From a virus (Duplodnaviria; Caudoviricetes): a stretch of DNA of 32,478 nt. The notes beneath the pieces were generated by a model, which had not been told where the DNA came from, ran no database searches, and saw only the letters and a list, made by a program, of their open reading frames with translations. Position 1 is the first letter of the stretch. Every line of letters starts with the position of its first letter. The stretch covers positions 1 to 32,478 of IMG/VR virus record IMGVR_UViG_3300038530_002790. One strand, given 5' to 3'. The translations under genes were made by a program, and so were the position numbers. Shown here piece after piece: positions 16,870-24,932 of this stretch.

Positions 16870-17175
16870 ATGGATGCAATCATTGAACAACTGCTTTCAG
16901 CGGGTCATCTTGGACTGTTCGCAGTCTTTTTGATCTATCAGCATTTCAGTCTTCAGAAGCGTCATGACAAGCTGGTGGACTCGTTCCAATCACAGCTGCG
17001 TCAGATCAATGAAGACTATGAAAGCAGAATAGAGAAGATGCGGGAGAGGTATGATGCAGTGATCAGGGAAGCGAGAAAGGAGAGAGAAGAAGATGCAAAA
17101 GACTTCTTGGTGACTCGCGCAGAGATTCAGCAAAAGATTGTAGCAAAGCTGGACAGGCTACTTGAAAAGGGATGA
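16870..17175 (+). CDS. Single-TM coiled-coil protein, BhlA-like holin candidate
   Basis: AGGAGG RBS; LLSAGHLGLFAVFLIYQ TM segment followed by a coiled coil. An alternative ATG lies at 16864. Confidence 0.55.
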   Translation: MDAIIEQLLSAGHLGLFAVFLIYQHFSLQKRHDKLVDSFQSQLRQINEDYESRIEKMRERYDAVIREARKEREEDAKDFLVTRAEIQQKIVAKLDRLLEKG

Positions 17176-18167
17176 AGATGACGACAGAAGAGATCAAAGC
17201 GCTCAAAGAAAAAATCAATGGAAGGACATTGGTGGTCAGTGTCTCAGGTGGGAAGGACAGCACTGCAACCTGCTTGCATTTGCAAGAGATTGGTCTTCCG
17301 TATGAAGCAATCTTTTTCAATACTGGATGGGAACACAAAGACACATATGAATATGTGAATGAATATCTTCCAAGCAAGATTGGACCCATTCAACATCTCA
17401 GCAAAGAACCGGAATTGAAATCACCAGAAGCGGAAGCTCTTGCTGTCAAATATGAAGAACGATTGGGATTCAGGTCACCAATGGTGAGATGGTGCATCCA
17501 CAAGGGTGTCTTTCCAGCAAGGCTGTCACGATGGTGCACGCAGAATCTCAAAGTCTTTGCAGCCAAAGACTATCTGAGAGCCATGGAAGAAGAACCCATC
17601 AGCGTGGTTGGAGTCAGGGCACAAGAAAGCAAAGCAAGATCCATGATGGATGAGTGGGAATGGTTTGAAGCTGGCGACTGTGAAGTGTGGCGTCCACTAA
17701 TAAATTGGAAGACAGAAGACGTCATTGAAATCCACAAGCGTCATGGTGTGCGACCGAATCCCATGTATTTAGGGGATAACCCTGTGGACCGAGTGGGATG
17801 CTATCCATGTGTGTATGCACGCAAAGAAGAGATCAAAAGGATCGCGAGCAGTAGTCCAGAAAGAATCGCCCTTCTGTCTGATTTGGAAAAAGACATCCAT
17901 CAGATCAGGGTTGCAAGAGCTGAGAGCAAAGGAGAGGTCCTGAGAACACCCACAGGATGGTTCCAATCACCGACCGGTGACATCAATCCAGCAACAGGCA
18001 AAAGGTCTGGTCTCGCATGGCCTATTGACAAGGTTGTGGAGTGGGCACGGACTAAGCGTGGTGGAAGACAGTTTGAACTGTTTGAATCACTTCCAGGTGA
18101 ACAGGGCTGTGTCAGATGGGGGATGTGTGACACAGGAACTGCATCGAAGAACAGAACATCAGAATGA
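17172..18167 (+). CDS. PAPS-reductase-family (PP-loop) protein
   Basis: VSVSGGKDS PP-loop, NTGWE, RWCTQNLK, GVRAQES..R, RPLINW and RVGCYPC. Confidence 0.9.
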   Translation: MKMTTEEIKALKEKINGRTLVVSVSGGKDSTATCLHLQEIGLPYEAIFFNTGWEHKDTYEYVNEYLPSKIGPIQHLSKEPELKSPEAEALAVKYEERLGFRSPMVRWCIHKGVFPARLSRWCTQNLKVFAAKDYLRAMEEEPISVVGVRAQESKARSMMDEWEWFEAGDCEVWRPLINWKTEDVIEIHKRHGVRPNPMYLGDNPVDRVGCYPCVYARKEEIKRIASSSPERIALLSDLEKDIHQIRVARAESKGEVLRTPTGWFQSPTGDINPATGKRSGLAWPIDKVVEWARTKRGGRQFELFESLPGEQGCVRWGMCDTGTASKNRTSE

Positions 18168-18181
18168 GTCTTTTTCTGGTC

Positions 18182-18203
18182 ATGACATAAAGTATGTCAT
18201 ACT
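18182..18203 (+). promoter_or_regulatory. Palindromic operator-like site overlapping a candidate extended -10 upstream of terS
   Basis: ATGACATA-aag-TATGTCAT is a perfect 8-bp inverted repeat. TGtCATACT lies at 18195-18203, and there is no SD before ATG 18211. Confidence 0.5.
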
Positions 18204-18210
18204 TGTATGT

Positions 18211-18687
18211 ATGGCCGGAAGAAAGAACACAGATGAAGATGTGCTTGTCAGACTTGCTGCAGTGGAATCAGTTTTGATGTCTGGTGAATACAACCGATCA
18301 GCACAGATGAGACTGTCAGCACAGTACAGCGTGACACCAAGACAGATCCAAAGGGATGCAGCTTTGATCAGACAGCAATGGACTGAAGAGGTTGCAGAAA
18401 CAGACAGCAAAGCAGGTAAGGCTGATTGGTTGCAGCGGGTCAGAAGTGCACAGGTTCGATCATTTGATTCGGGTCACAGTATGGCTGCAGCACGATTGCT
18501 TCAGCTGGAGGGTCAAGCGCTTGGAGTATATGAACCAGCAAAGATGGACATCAATCACAATGTACACACCATTGATGATGCTCCGCGTCTTGCAGCGGAA
18601 CTGCTTCAGGCGATTCCTGCAGCTTGTGATGTTCTTGGTGTCCCTGTCCCACAGCTTCCAGTGATTGACATCGAAGAGGTGGAATGA
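18211..18687 (+). CDS. Putative terminase small subunit
   Basis: N-terminal HTH-like LSAQYSVTPRQIQRD and a helical body; located upstream of terL. Confidence 0.65.
   Translation: MAGRKNTDEDVLVRLAAVESVLMSGEYNRSAQMRLSAQYSVTPRQIQRDAALIRQQWTEEVAETDSKAGKADWLQRVRSAQVRSFDSGHSMAAARLLQLEGQALGVYEPAKMDINHNVHTIDDAPRLAAELLQAIPAACDVLGVPVPQLPVIDIEEVE
18662..18681 (+). repeat. 20-bp direct repeat, left of the MT-A70 gene
   Basis: TGATTGACATCGAAGAGGTG, identical to 19194-19213. Confidence 0.95.
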
Positions 18688-19196
18688 TGTTTGCAACTAC
18701 ATTGATGGACCCACCTTGGAAGGAGACTGGTGGTGGGAGAATCAAGCGTGGTGCGGATCGTCACTATGGACTTGTGAAGACGCATGACATGCCAAGGGTC
18801 ATCATGCAGTCTGGTGTGTGGTGTCCTGCTGATGATGCCCATTTATACATGTGGGCGACCAACAATCACTTGAGTGATGCACTTTGGCTGATGGATGCTT
18901 TGGGATTCCAATACAAGACAAACATTGTGTGGACCAAGGACAGAATTGGATTGGGTCAATACTTTAGGGGACAGCATGAATTGCTCTTGTTTGGCACAAG
19001 GGGAAAAGGATTCAAAGTCAAGACAGACGATCGCACATTGCGCTCATGGATACATGCAAAGCGAGGGGAACATAGCGCAAAGCCTGAACAGTTTTATGAA
19101 CTCATAGAGGCACGCAGTGAAGGACCATATCTGGAGATGTTTGCTCGCAAGTCAAGAAGTGGTTGGACATCATGGGGGGATCAAGTATGCGAATGA
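18684..19196 (+). CDS. MT-A70-family adenine methyltransferase
   Basis: MDPPW, HLYMWATN, GFQYKTNIVWTK, GQYFRGQHELLLFG, HSAKPE and YLEMFAR...GW..WGDQ. Confidence 0.93.
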   Translation: MMFATTLMDPPWKETGGGRIKRGADRHYGLVKTHDMPRVIMQSGVWCPADDAHLYMWATNNHLSDALWLMDALGFQYKTNIVWTKDRIGLGQYFRGQHELLLFGTRGKGFKVKTDDRTLRSWIHAKRGEHSAKPEQFYELIEARSEGPYLEMFARKSRSGWTSWGDQVCE

Positions 19197-19213
19197 TTGA
19201 CATCGAAGAGGTG
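19194..19213 (+). repeat. 20-bp direct repeat, right of the MT-A70 gene
   Basis: Identical to 18662-18681; it supplies the MTase stop codon. Confidence 0.95.
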
Positions 19214-19218
19214 AAGTG

Positions 19219-19431
19219 ATGCGTCTGGTCTGCAGATATTGCATGACAGAGATTGCTGGTGGTGGGAAAGGATATCAAGCAGCGATGAGAGCAGCTGCAG
19301 TGATCTCTGACCCACCTGCAAGAGTCACAACGTCATGGAGGTGTCCAGAGTGTGATCAGATGAACAGGACTGGACCACCAGTGCAGGGGAGATTGTTCAC
19401 ACCAACATCCACCAAGGCTGGTGCAGGATGA
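19219..19431 (+). CDS. Small Zn-finger protein
   Basis: CRYC and CPEC motifs; GAGGTG RBS; ATGA-coupled to terL. Confidence 0.6.
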   Translation: MRLVCRYCMTEIAGGGKGYQAAMRAAAVISDPPARVTTSWRCPECDQMNRTGPPVQGRLFTPTSTKAGAG

Positions 19432-20801
19432 CCAGTGCTGCAGCAGTGCTTCAAGCCATAAACAGCAAAGATGTGCTGTCAAATCTAAAGCGGGAGAATC
19501 CCCTTGCATTTGCCAGATTGTGGCACAGAGAACACCCAAAGACATCACAGCGTGCAGCATTTCAGAGCCCTGGAGAGCTGGTCACCATTGTGTGTGGTGG
19601 CAATAGATCGGGCAAGACAGAGGGCTGTGCTCAGTTTGTGGTGGCGAACATCCTTGGACGTCAACACCACGCTGTGCAAGCCTGGTGCAACAACAATCAG
19701 ATTGACCCGTTGACCATACCAAATCGACCATCCACAGTGTGGGCTGTTGCATTGGATTCCGGTGATTCGCGGGAATACTTGCGACCAGCGATTGCAAAGT
19801 ATCTCCCACCAGATGCCAAGTGGCGAAATCAGTATGGATACGGACAAGCTGAAGTGCGTCTTCCATCTGGTGGTCGATGCCTCTTCAAGTCTGTGGAGCA
19901 GGGGAGGGATGGATTCCAAGGATCGTCAGTGGATCTGTGTTGGTTTGATGAAGAACCCAATGACCAAGCAGTGGTCAATGAGTCATTGATGAGATTGGTG
20001 GACAGAAAAGGAAGAATGCTGTTCAGCATGACACCACTCAGAGGGATGACATGGCTCTATGACAGATGGATTGCAGACACACCCGATGACACACGGGTGC
20101 ACTATATTCATGGCGTGGACAATCCACATCTTCCAGAAGGTGCACTGGAGCGTCTGCTGAGACAGTATGGGAGCCATGAAAGAGCAGCAAGAGCAAAGGG
20201 AGAATGGACCACCTTGGAAGGGCGTGTCTATCAAGATTGGTCCAGACAGCGGAATGTGGTTGCACCCATTGACATTGATCCATCTTGGGCCACCTATTTT
20301 GGGATTGATTGGGGTACCCGTGCACCCACAGCGATTGTTGTCTGCAAGGTGGATCATGATGACAGAATGTGGATCGTGGATGAATACTATCGGAGTCAGG
20401 CCACAATCAATCAGCATGCAGTAGAGATCAAAAAGCTGATTGAAAAGCACGGTCAACCAGAATGGATTGTCTGTGATCCAGAAGACCGTGGTGCAAGACT
20501 TGCACTGTCAAGAGATCACGGGATTGCAAACATACCTGCACGCAAGGGTCCAAATTCTGTTGCTGCTGGAATCAATCATCTTGCAGAGAGATTGCTTCCA
20601 GATGCTTCTGGATATCCAGCGTTCTTTGTCTTTGATCACTGCAAGAACTTTATCAGAGAGATTGAATCATATATTTGGGACGATCGCGGGACTGGTGAAG
20701 GTCGAGACAGACCGAAACCATCCCAAGCTGATCACCTTTTGGATGCTGCTCGCTATGTCTGCAGCAGATTGTACAGGAGTGGGTCTCTGCATGTAGGATG
20801 A
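19428..20801 (+). CDS. terL: Terminase large subunit
   Basis: Walker A GGNRSGKT, Walker B CWFDEE, coupling motif SMTP, and nuclease motifs GIDWG and HLLDAARY. Confidence 0.95.
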   Translation: MTSAAAVLQAINSKDVLSNLKRENPLAFARLWHREHPKTSQRAAFQSPGELVTIVCGGNRSGKTEGCAQFVVANILGRQHHAVQAWCNNNQIDPLTIPNRPSTVWAVALDSGDSREYLRPAIAKYLPPDAKWRNQYGYGQAEVRLPSGGRCLFKSVEQGRDGFQGSSVDLCWFDEEPNDQAVVNESLMRLVDRKGRMLFSMTPLRGMTWLYDRWIADTPDDTRVHYIHGVDNPHLPEGALERLLRQYGSHERAARAKGEWTTLEGRVYQDWSRQRNVVAPIDIDPSWATYFGIDWGTRAPTAIVVCKVDHDDRMWIVDEYYRSQATINQHAVEIKKLIEKHGQPEWIVCDPEDRGARLALSRDHGIANIPARKGPNSVAAGINHLAERLLPDASGYPAFFVFDHCKNFIREIESYIWDDRGTGEGRDRPKPSQADHLLDAARYVCSRLYRSGSLHVG

Positions 20802-20826
20802 CAACATTGGTTCAGAAAGGTAGAGT
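20798..20826 (+). promoter_or_regulatory. Candidate promoter for the portal gene
   Basis: ATGACA-17 bp-TAGAGT. An in-frame GTG at 20833 sits at the expected +1 position. Confidence 0.4.
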
Positions 20827-23800
20827 GTGAACGTGTCAAATTTAACAGTCAAAGAGAATGCGCTTGTGAGGCTGCTGAAAGCAGTCGGTCTGGTGTCTGT
20901 CAACCCTGATGGACAGATTGATCATGACGCTGGTGCAGATTACATTTCAGATCATGGATTCCGACCACAGTATGACAGCAAGACAGCGCTGTCAGTGCTC
21001 GCTGCTTTCCCCTTTCCATATGCATGTGTGACAGCAATTAGCACAGATCTCAGTGGTGTTCCCATTCGCGTGTATCGCGGAAGAGGTGCAGATGCGGAGA
21101 TGCTGGACAGTCATCCACTGCTGGATCTGCTTGATCAGCCATCTTCCAGAATCTCTGGAGTGCAGTTCAGACGTCAGCTCTATACAGATTTGGTCCTTGT
21201 TGGGAATGCCTACACTTTGATAGCTGGAAACAGTCAACCAGAGAGTCTGCTCCGATTGCATCCATCCAGAGTGACAATCTCACCATTGCAAGACGGACAA
21301 CCAGATCAATACCACTATGAATCTGGAACACATCCAGCAGTTTACACACATGAACAGGTGCTGCACTACAGACAACCGAGTTGGTCTGATGATCCTACAT
21401 CCCTGTGGGGTGTTGGGTCAGTGCAACCAATGCACAATGATTTGATGACTGAGAAGGCACAGTCAGAACTTGCTGCACGCACTGCTGCAACAGGACAGCC
21501 CACAGGGATCCTGTCACCGAAAGAAGAAGGAATCTGGAACAAAAGACAGATTGACACACTGCGTCAAGCGTATGAATCCCAAATGAGAAAAGGTGGGTCG
21601 GGTGTTTTGATCATGGGTGGACAGGCTGAATTTCAGAAGCTTGCATTCAGTCCACGTGAATTGGAGTTTTCTTCTATTCGTGACTATGTCAGGACAGCAA
21701 CCATGTCAGCTTTCGGAGTCGTCCCCGTGAGGCTCGGCATTGAGTCGCAGAACTTTGCAACAGCAAACAACCAATTGAAGCTGTATTGGGAAGGACTCTC
21801 TGGACGTGCAGCGCTCATTGATGCTGAACTGACAAGACTTGCACGGATGTTTGGTGATGAAGATGTTCATGTGAAGCATGACTTCAGTGGTGTTGCGGTC
21901 CTTCAAGAAAGCAGGACAGACAGAGTCAAGAGGGTGTTGGATTGGACCATGACCGGCGTTCCCCTCAGTGTGGCTGCAGCGTATGAAGGATTTGAAGATC
22001 TTCCAATCACTGAAGCGCAAGATGTTGCAGCTGCTCCAGACGCTCCAGACGAAGCACCAGAAACAGCACCAGAAACAGCACCAGCAGATGAACCAAATCC
22101 AGAACAAGAGAATGAAAACCGATCAGAACCGCTTGCAGCAACAGCACTGAATGGAGCACAGATCTCCAGCATGTTGACCATTCTGCAGCAGGTTGCAGAA
22201 GGTTTGCTTTCAGTAGAATCAGCAGTGGTTCTGATGAAGGTGTCATTCCCTACTGTGTCAGAAGACCAAGCACGTGCAATCCTTGCTGGAGCATCACCAC
22301 CAACAGAAGACACAGAACAGCGTTCACTGTCTGATTTGTCTGAAGCAGTGCAAGAGGGTCTGAGGAATCGAGCAAAGAAACACAATGAAATGGTGGATTC
22401 TGATGGACTCGCTGATTGGAGAAAGACCACAGCATCCACGCTTGGAACAGTATTCAAAAGAGGTGTTGGAGCATACAACACCAATCCTGGAAGCGTCAGA
22501 CCATCAGTCTCTTCTCCAGAAGAATGGGCATATGCCAGAGTGAAATCATTCATATATGTGTTGAAGAATGACCGCTTCAGATCTGGAAAGCATGACACAG
22601 ATCTTCTTCCCAAAGAACATCCAATGTCTTCCAAAGAGAAGACCAATCAAAAAAAAAATCTCTGCAATCTGATCACCAAACAGTATGAAGAGATTGACTT
22701 TTCTGTTCCTGATGGAGTTATTGCGGAGCTGAAAAGAGGCCTTCAATGGCATGAAGACGGCCTGAGTGGTGATGGACTGCAATCAGACACAGTGTCTTGG
22801 GCTACCAGAATGGTGAATGGTGCAGACATATCACCTGACAAAGCGCGGAAGATGCGTGCATGGTTTGCACGTCATGAATCAGACAAGACTGGTGAGGGAT
22901 TCAGCCCTGGTGAAGACGGCTATCCATCAGCAGGACGGGTTGCGTGGGCTCTATGGGGTGGAGATCCTGCAGTCAGTTGGTCCAACAAGCTTGTCAATCA
23001 GATGGACCGGGAAGATCAGAAGCACATCAAGCGAACATCCATGGACGATGCTGTCTGGAAGAACTTCATTGAAAAGGTTCAAGAACCAGCAGAGAAGCAG
23101 ATGCAGGAAGCAATCCAATCATATTTTGACGCGTATGTGCAAAGGATTGCAGGACGGTTGAAGGACGTTGTGGACCCGTTCCGCAAAAGCATCAATGCAA
23201 GACCCAAGATTGATCCTGATGTAATCATCAAGCAAGGTGATGAACCATGGCTTGAAGAGTTGCTGAATCTTGGTGAAGAAGCTGCAGAGATTGATGAAGC
23301 AATGCGTCCAGCATTTGCTGATGCGTATCAAAACAGCATTCGCGCCGCAATCGAGTCAATGCCCCAAGACTTATCTGAAGAATTTATTTTTCCAGAACAA
23401 AGAATTGACAATTTGGTGGATGAGGATCTTGCGCGGTTCATCAAAGACATTGAATCCAACACCAGGAGATCAGTGAATAAGACAATCAGGGATGGTCTCG
23501 CTGAAGGTCTCAGCAACAATGAACTGCAGAAGATGCTGCAGGTCAGTTATGGGTTTGCACCTGCGAGAGCGTTGACGATTGCAAGAACAGAATCCACAAG
23601 AGCAGTCAATGCAGGTGGTGTCTCTGCATGGCAACAAGCCTCAGACGCTGTGGGTCTTGAAGTCCGCTTCAAGTGGTTGACAGCTGGAGATGAAAACGTT
23701 CGGGATGAGCATCGAGCGCTTCACAACAAGAACAGGGGAGAAGATGGATTCTGGTACGCTGGAGGTGTTAAGGCTTCTGCACCAGGGAACTTTGTTGGAG

Positions 23801-23865
23801 ACAGCAAACTGACTGCAGGGATGAACATTAACTGCAGATGCACTTTCATTCCAGAGATAGACTGA
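20827..23865 (+). CDS. Portal protein fused to accessory domains and a MuF/SPP1-gp7-like head morphogenesis domain
   Basis: The N-terminal ~390 aa are HK97-type portal (HPLLDLL..P, GNAY, LHPSRV, AFGV.P..LG). The C-terminus has RALTIARTE...KWLTAGDENVRDEH...INCRC (MuF). Confidence 0.9.
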   Translation: MNVSNLTVKENALVRLLKAVGLVSVNPDGQIDHDAGADYISDHGFRPQYDSKTALSVLAAFPFPYACVTAISTDLSGVPIRVYRGRGADAEMLDSHPLLDLLDQPSSRISGVQFRRQLYTDLVLVGNAYTLIAGNSQPESLLRLHPSRVTISPLQDGQPDQYHYESGTHPAVYTHEQVLHYRQPSWSDDPTSLWGVGSVQPMHNDLMTEKAQSELAARTAATGQPTGILSPKEEGIWNKRQIDTLRQAYESQMRKGGSGVLIMGGQAEFQKLAFSPRELEFSSIRDYVRTATMSAFGVVPVRLGIESQNFATANNQLKLYWEGLSGRAALIDAELTRLARMFGDEDVHVKHDFSGVAVLQESRTDRVKRVLDWTMTGVPLSVAAAYEGFEDLPITEAQDVAAAPDAPDEAPETAPETAPADEPNPEQENENRSEPLAATALNGAQISSMLTILQQVAEGLLSVESAVVLMKVSFPTVSEDQARAILAGASPPTEDTEQRSLSDLSEAVQEGLRNRAKKHNEMVDSDGLADWRKTTASTLGTVFKRGVGAYNTNPGSVRPSVSSPEEWAYARVKSFIYVLKNDRFRSGKHDTDLLPKEHPMSSKEKTNQKKNLCNLITKQYEEIDFSVPDGVIAELKRGLQWHEDGLSGDGLQSDTVSWATRMVNGADISPDKARKMRAWFARHESDKTGEGFSPGEDGYPSAGRVAWALWGGDPAVSWSNKLVNQMDREDQKHIKRTSMDDAVWKNFIEKVQEPAEKQMQEAIQSYFDAYVQRIAGRLKDVVDPFRKSINARPKIDPDVIIKQGDEPWLEELLNLGEEAAEIDEAMRPAFADAYQNSIRAAIESMPQDLSEEFIFPEQRIDNLVDEDLARFIKDIESNTRRSVNKTIRDGLAEGLSNNELQKMLQVSYGFAPARALTIARTESTRAVNAGGVSAWQQASDAVGLEVRFKWLTAGDENVRDEHRALHNKNRGEDGFWYAGGVKASAPGNFVGDSKLTAGMNINCRCTFIPEID

Positions 23866-24890
23866 TGACCATGAACCGGAACTTCACGATCAAATCCACC
23901 ACAAAGGGCAACACCACGAAGGTGGTTGCAAGCACGTCAAATCCTGACAGGTATGCAGACATTGTGGTGTGGGACAAGAACGCCGATTTGGAAAACTACA
24001 AGAACAATCCCGTGGTCCAATTTGGTCACAACTATGATCTTCCACCAGTTGGGAAGACCGTGAATCTGGACATTGATCCACGTTCTGGTGATTTGATTGC
24101 TGAGATCCAGTGGGATGATAGTCCAGACAATCCACTTGGTCAGACTGTAGCAAGACAATTCAGAGAAGGCTTCATGTCTGCTGTGAGTGTGGGGTTCAGT
24201 CCCGGTGAATCTACACCAAGACGAAGTCTTCCCAAAGATCATGAAGCATATGGTGAAAAAGGAGCATTGATGACATCCCCCAAATTGTTAGAAATATCGG
24301 CTGTGCCCGTGCCCGCAAATGCAGAAGCACTTGCAATCCGTGGACTGTATGGAATCACTGATCAGATCTTGGAAGTCCAAGACGATGGTGATTCATACAC
24401 AGTGGTGTTCAGAAAGATGAAAGAAGAAGACGAAGATGAAGACATGGGTATGCATGAAGATGATGAAGACATGGGTATGCATGACGAAGATGAAGATGAT
24501 GAAGACATGGGTATGCATGAAGATGATGAAGAAGATGCATATGGAGACCATGACGAAGATGAAGACAAAGCGGAGCACGATGAAGACGAAGATGAAGAAG
24601 GACCGTCTTCAGTGGCTGTGTCTGCGCCAGATGGCTATCACTGGATGAACTATGAAGGTGGACCCGTCCTAATGGCTGGAGAAGATGCCAATCATGATGG
24701 TGCTTCTGTGGAATATGAATTTGAAGTTGTATCTGAACACGATCCAGAACGACTGAAGAACCAAGTCAAGGCACTGATGGTGGATCTAATCGCGAATGAT
24801 CCAACAGTGCGATCAATGTTGCAACCCAAACAAACAACCAAAAGAATGAAGCGCAATGGTGTTGCAGCTTTGTTTGGAATTGACAATTGA
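23865..24890 (+). CDS. HK97-type prohead protease with acidic C-terminal extension
   Basis: ASTSNPDRYAD, NPVVQFGHNYDLPPVG, SAVSVGF and LLEISAVPVPAN; TGATG-coupled to the portal. Confidence 0.92.
   Translation: MTMNRNFTIKSTTKGNTTKVVASTSNPDRYADIVVWDKNADLENYKNNPVVQFGHNYDLPPVGKTVNLDIDPRSGDLIAEIQWDDSPDNPLGQTVARQFREGFMSAVSVGFSPGESTPRRSLPKDHEAYGEKGALMTSPKLLEISAVPVPANAEALAIRGLYGITDQILEVQDDGDSYTVVFRKMKEEDEDEDMGMHEDDEDMGMHDEDEDDEDMGMHEDDEEDAYGDHDEDEDKAEHDEDEDEEGPSSVAVSAPDGYHWMNYEGGPVLMAGEDANHDGASVEYEFEVVSEHDPERLKNQVKALMVDLIANDPTVRSMLQPKQTTKRMKRNGVAALFGIDN
24432..24530 (+). repeat. Three copies of GATGAAGACATGGGTATGCATGA (EDMGMH) within an Asp/Glu tract
   Basis: Read directly; the acidic tract extends to about 24600. 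Confidence 0.9.
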
Positions 24891-24932
24891 AACCGCTTCA
24901 ACTAACTCTGGTTATAAATCAGGAGACATCTA

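Noticed and set aside
18665-18670. TTGACA within the 20-bp repeat as a -35 element
   Set aside because: There is no credible -10 at 16-18 bp in either copy; it simply encodes Ile-Asp.
24432-24530. CRISPR-like array of 23-bp repeats
   Set aside because: The spacers are only a few low-complexity codons, the repeats are in frame within the protease gene, and there are no cas genes.
24880-24920. Promoter upstream of the major capsid gene (TTGACA ... TATAAA)
   Set aside because: The two elements are about 27 bp apart and the hexamer at 17 bp (TAACTC) is poor. A promoter is possible but not supportable.
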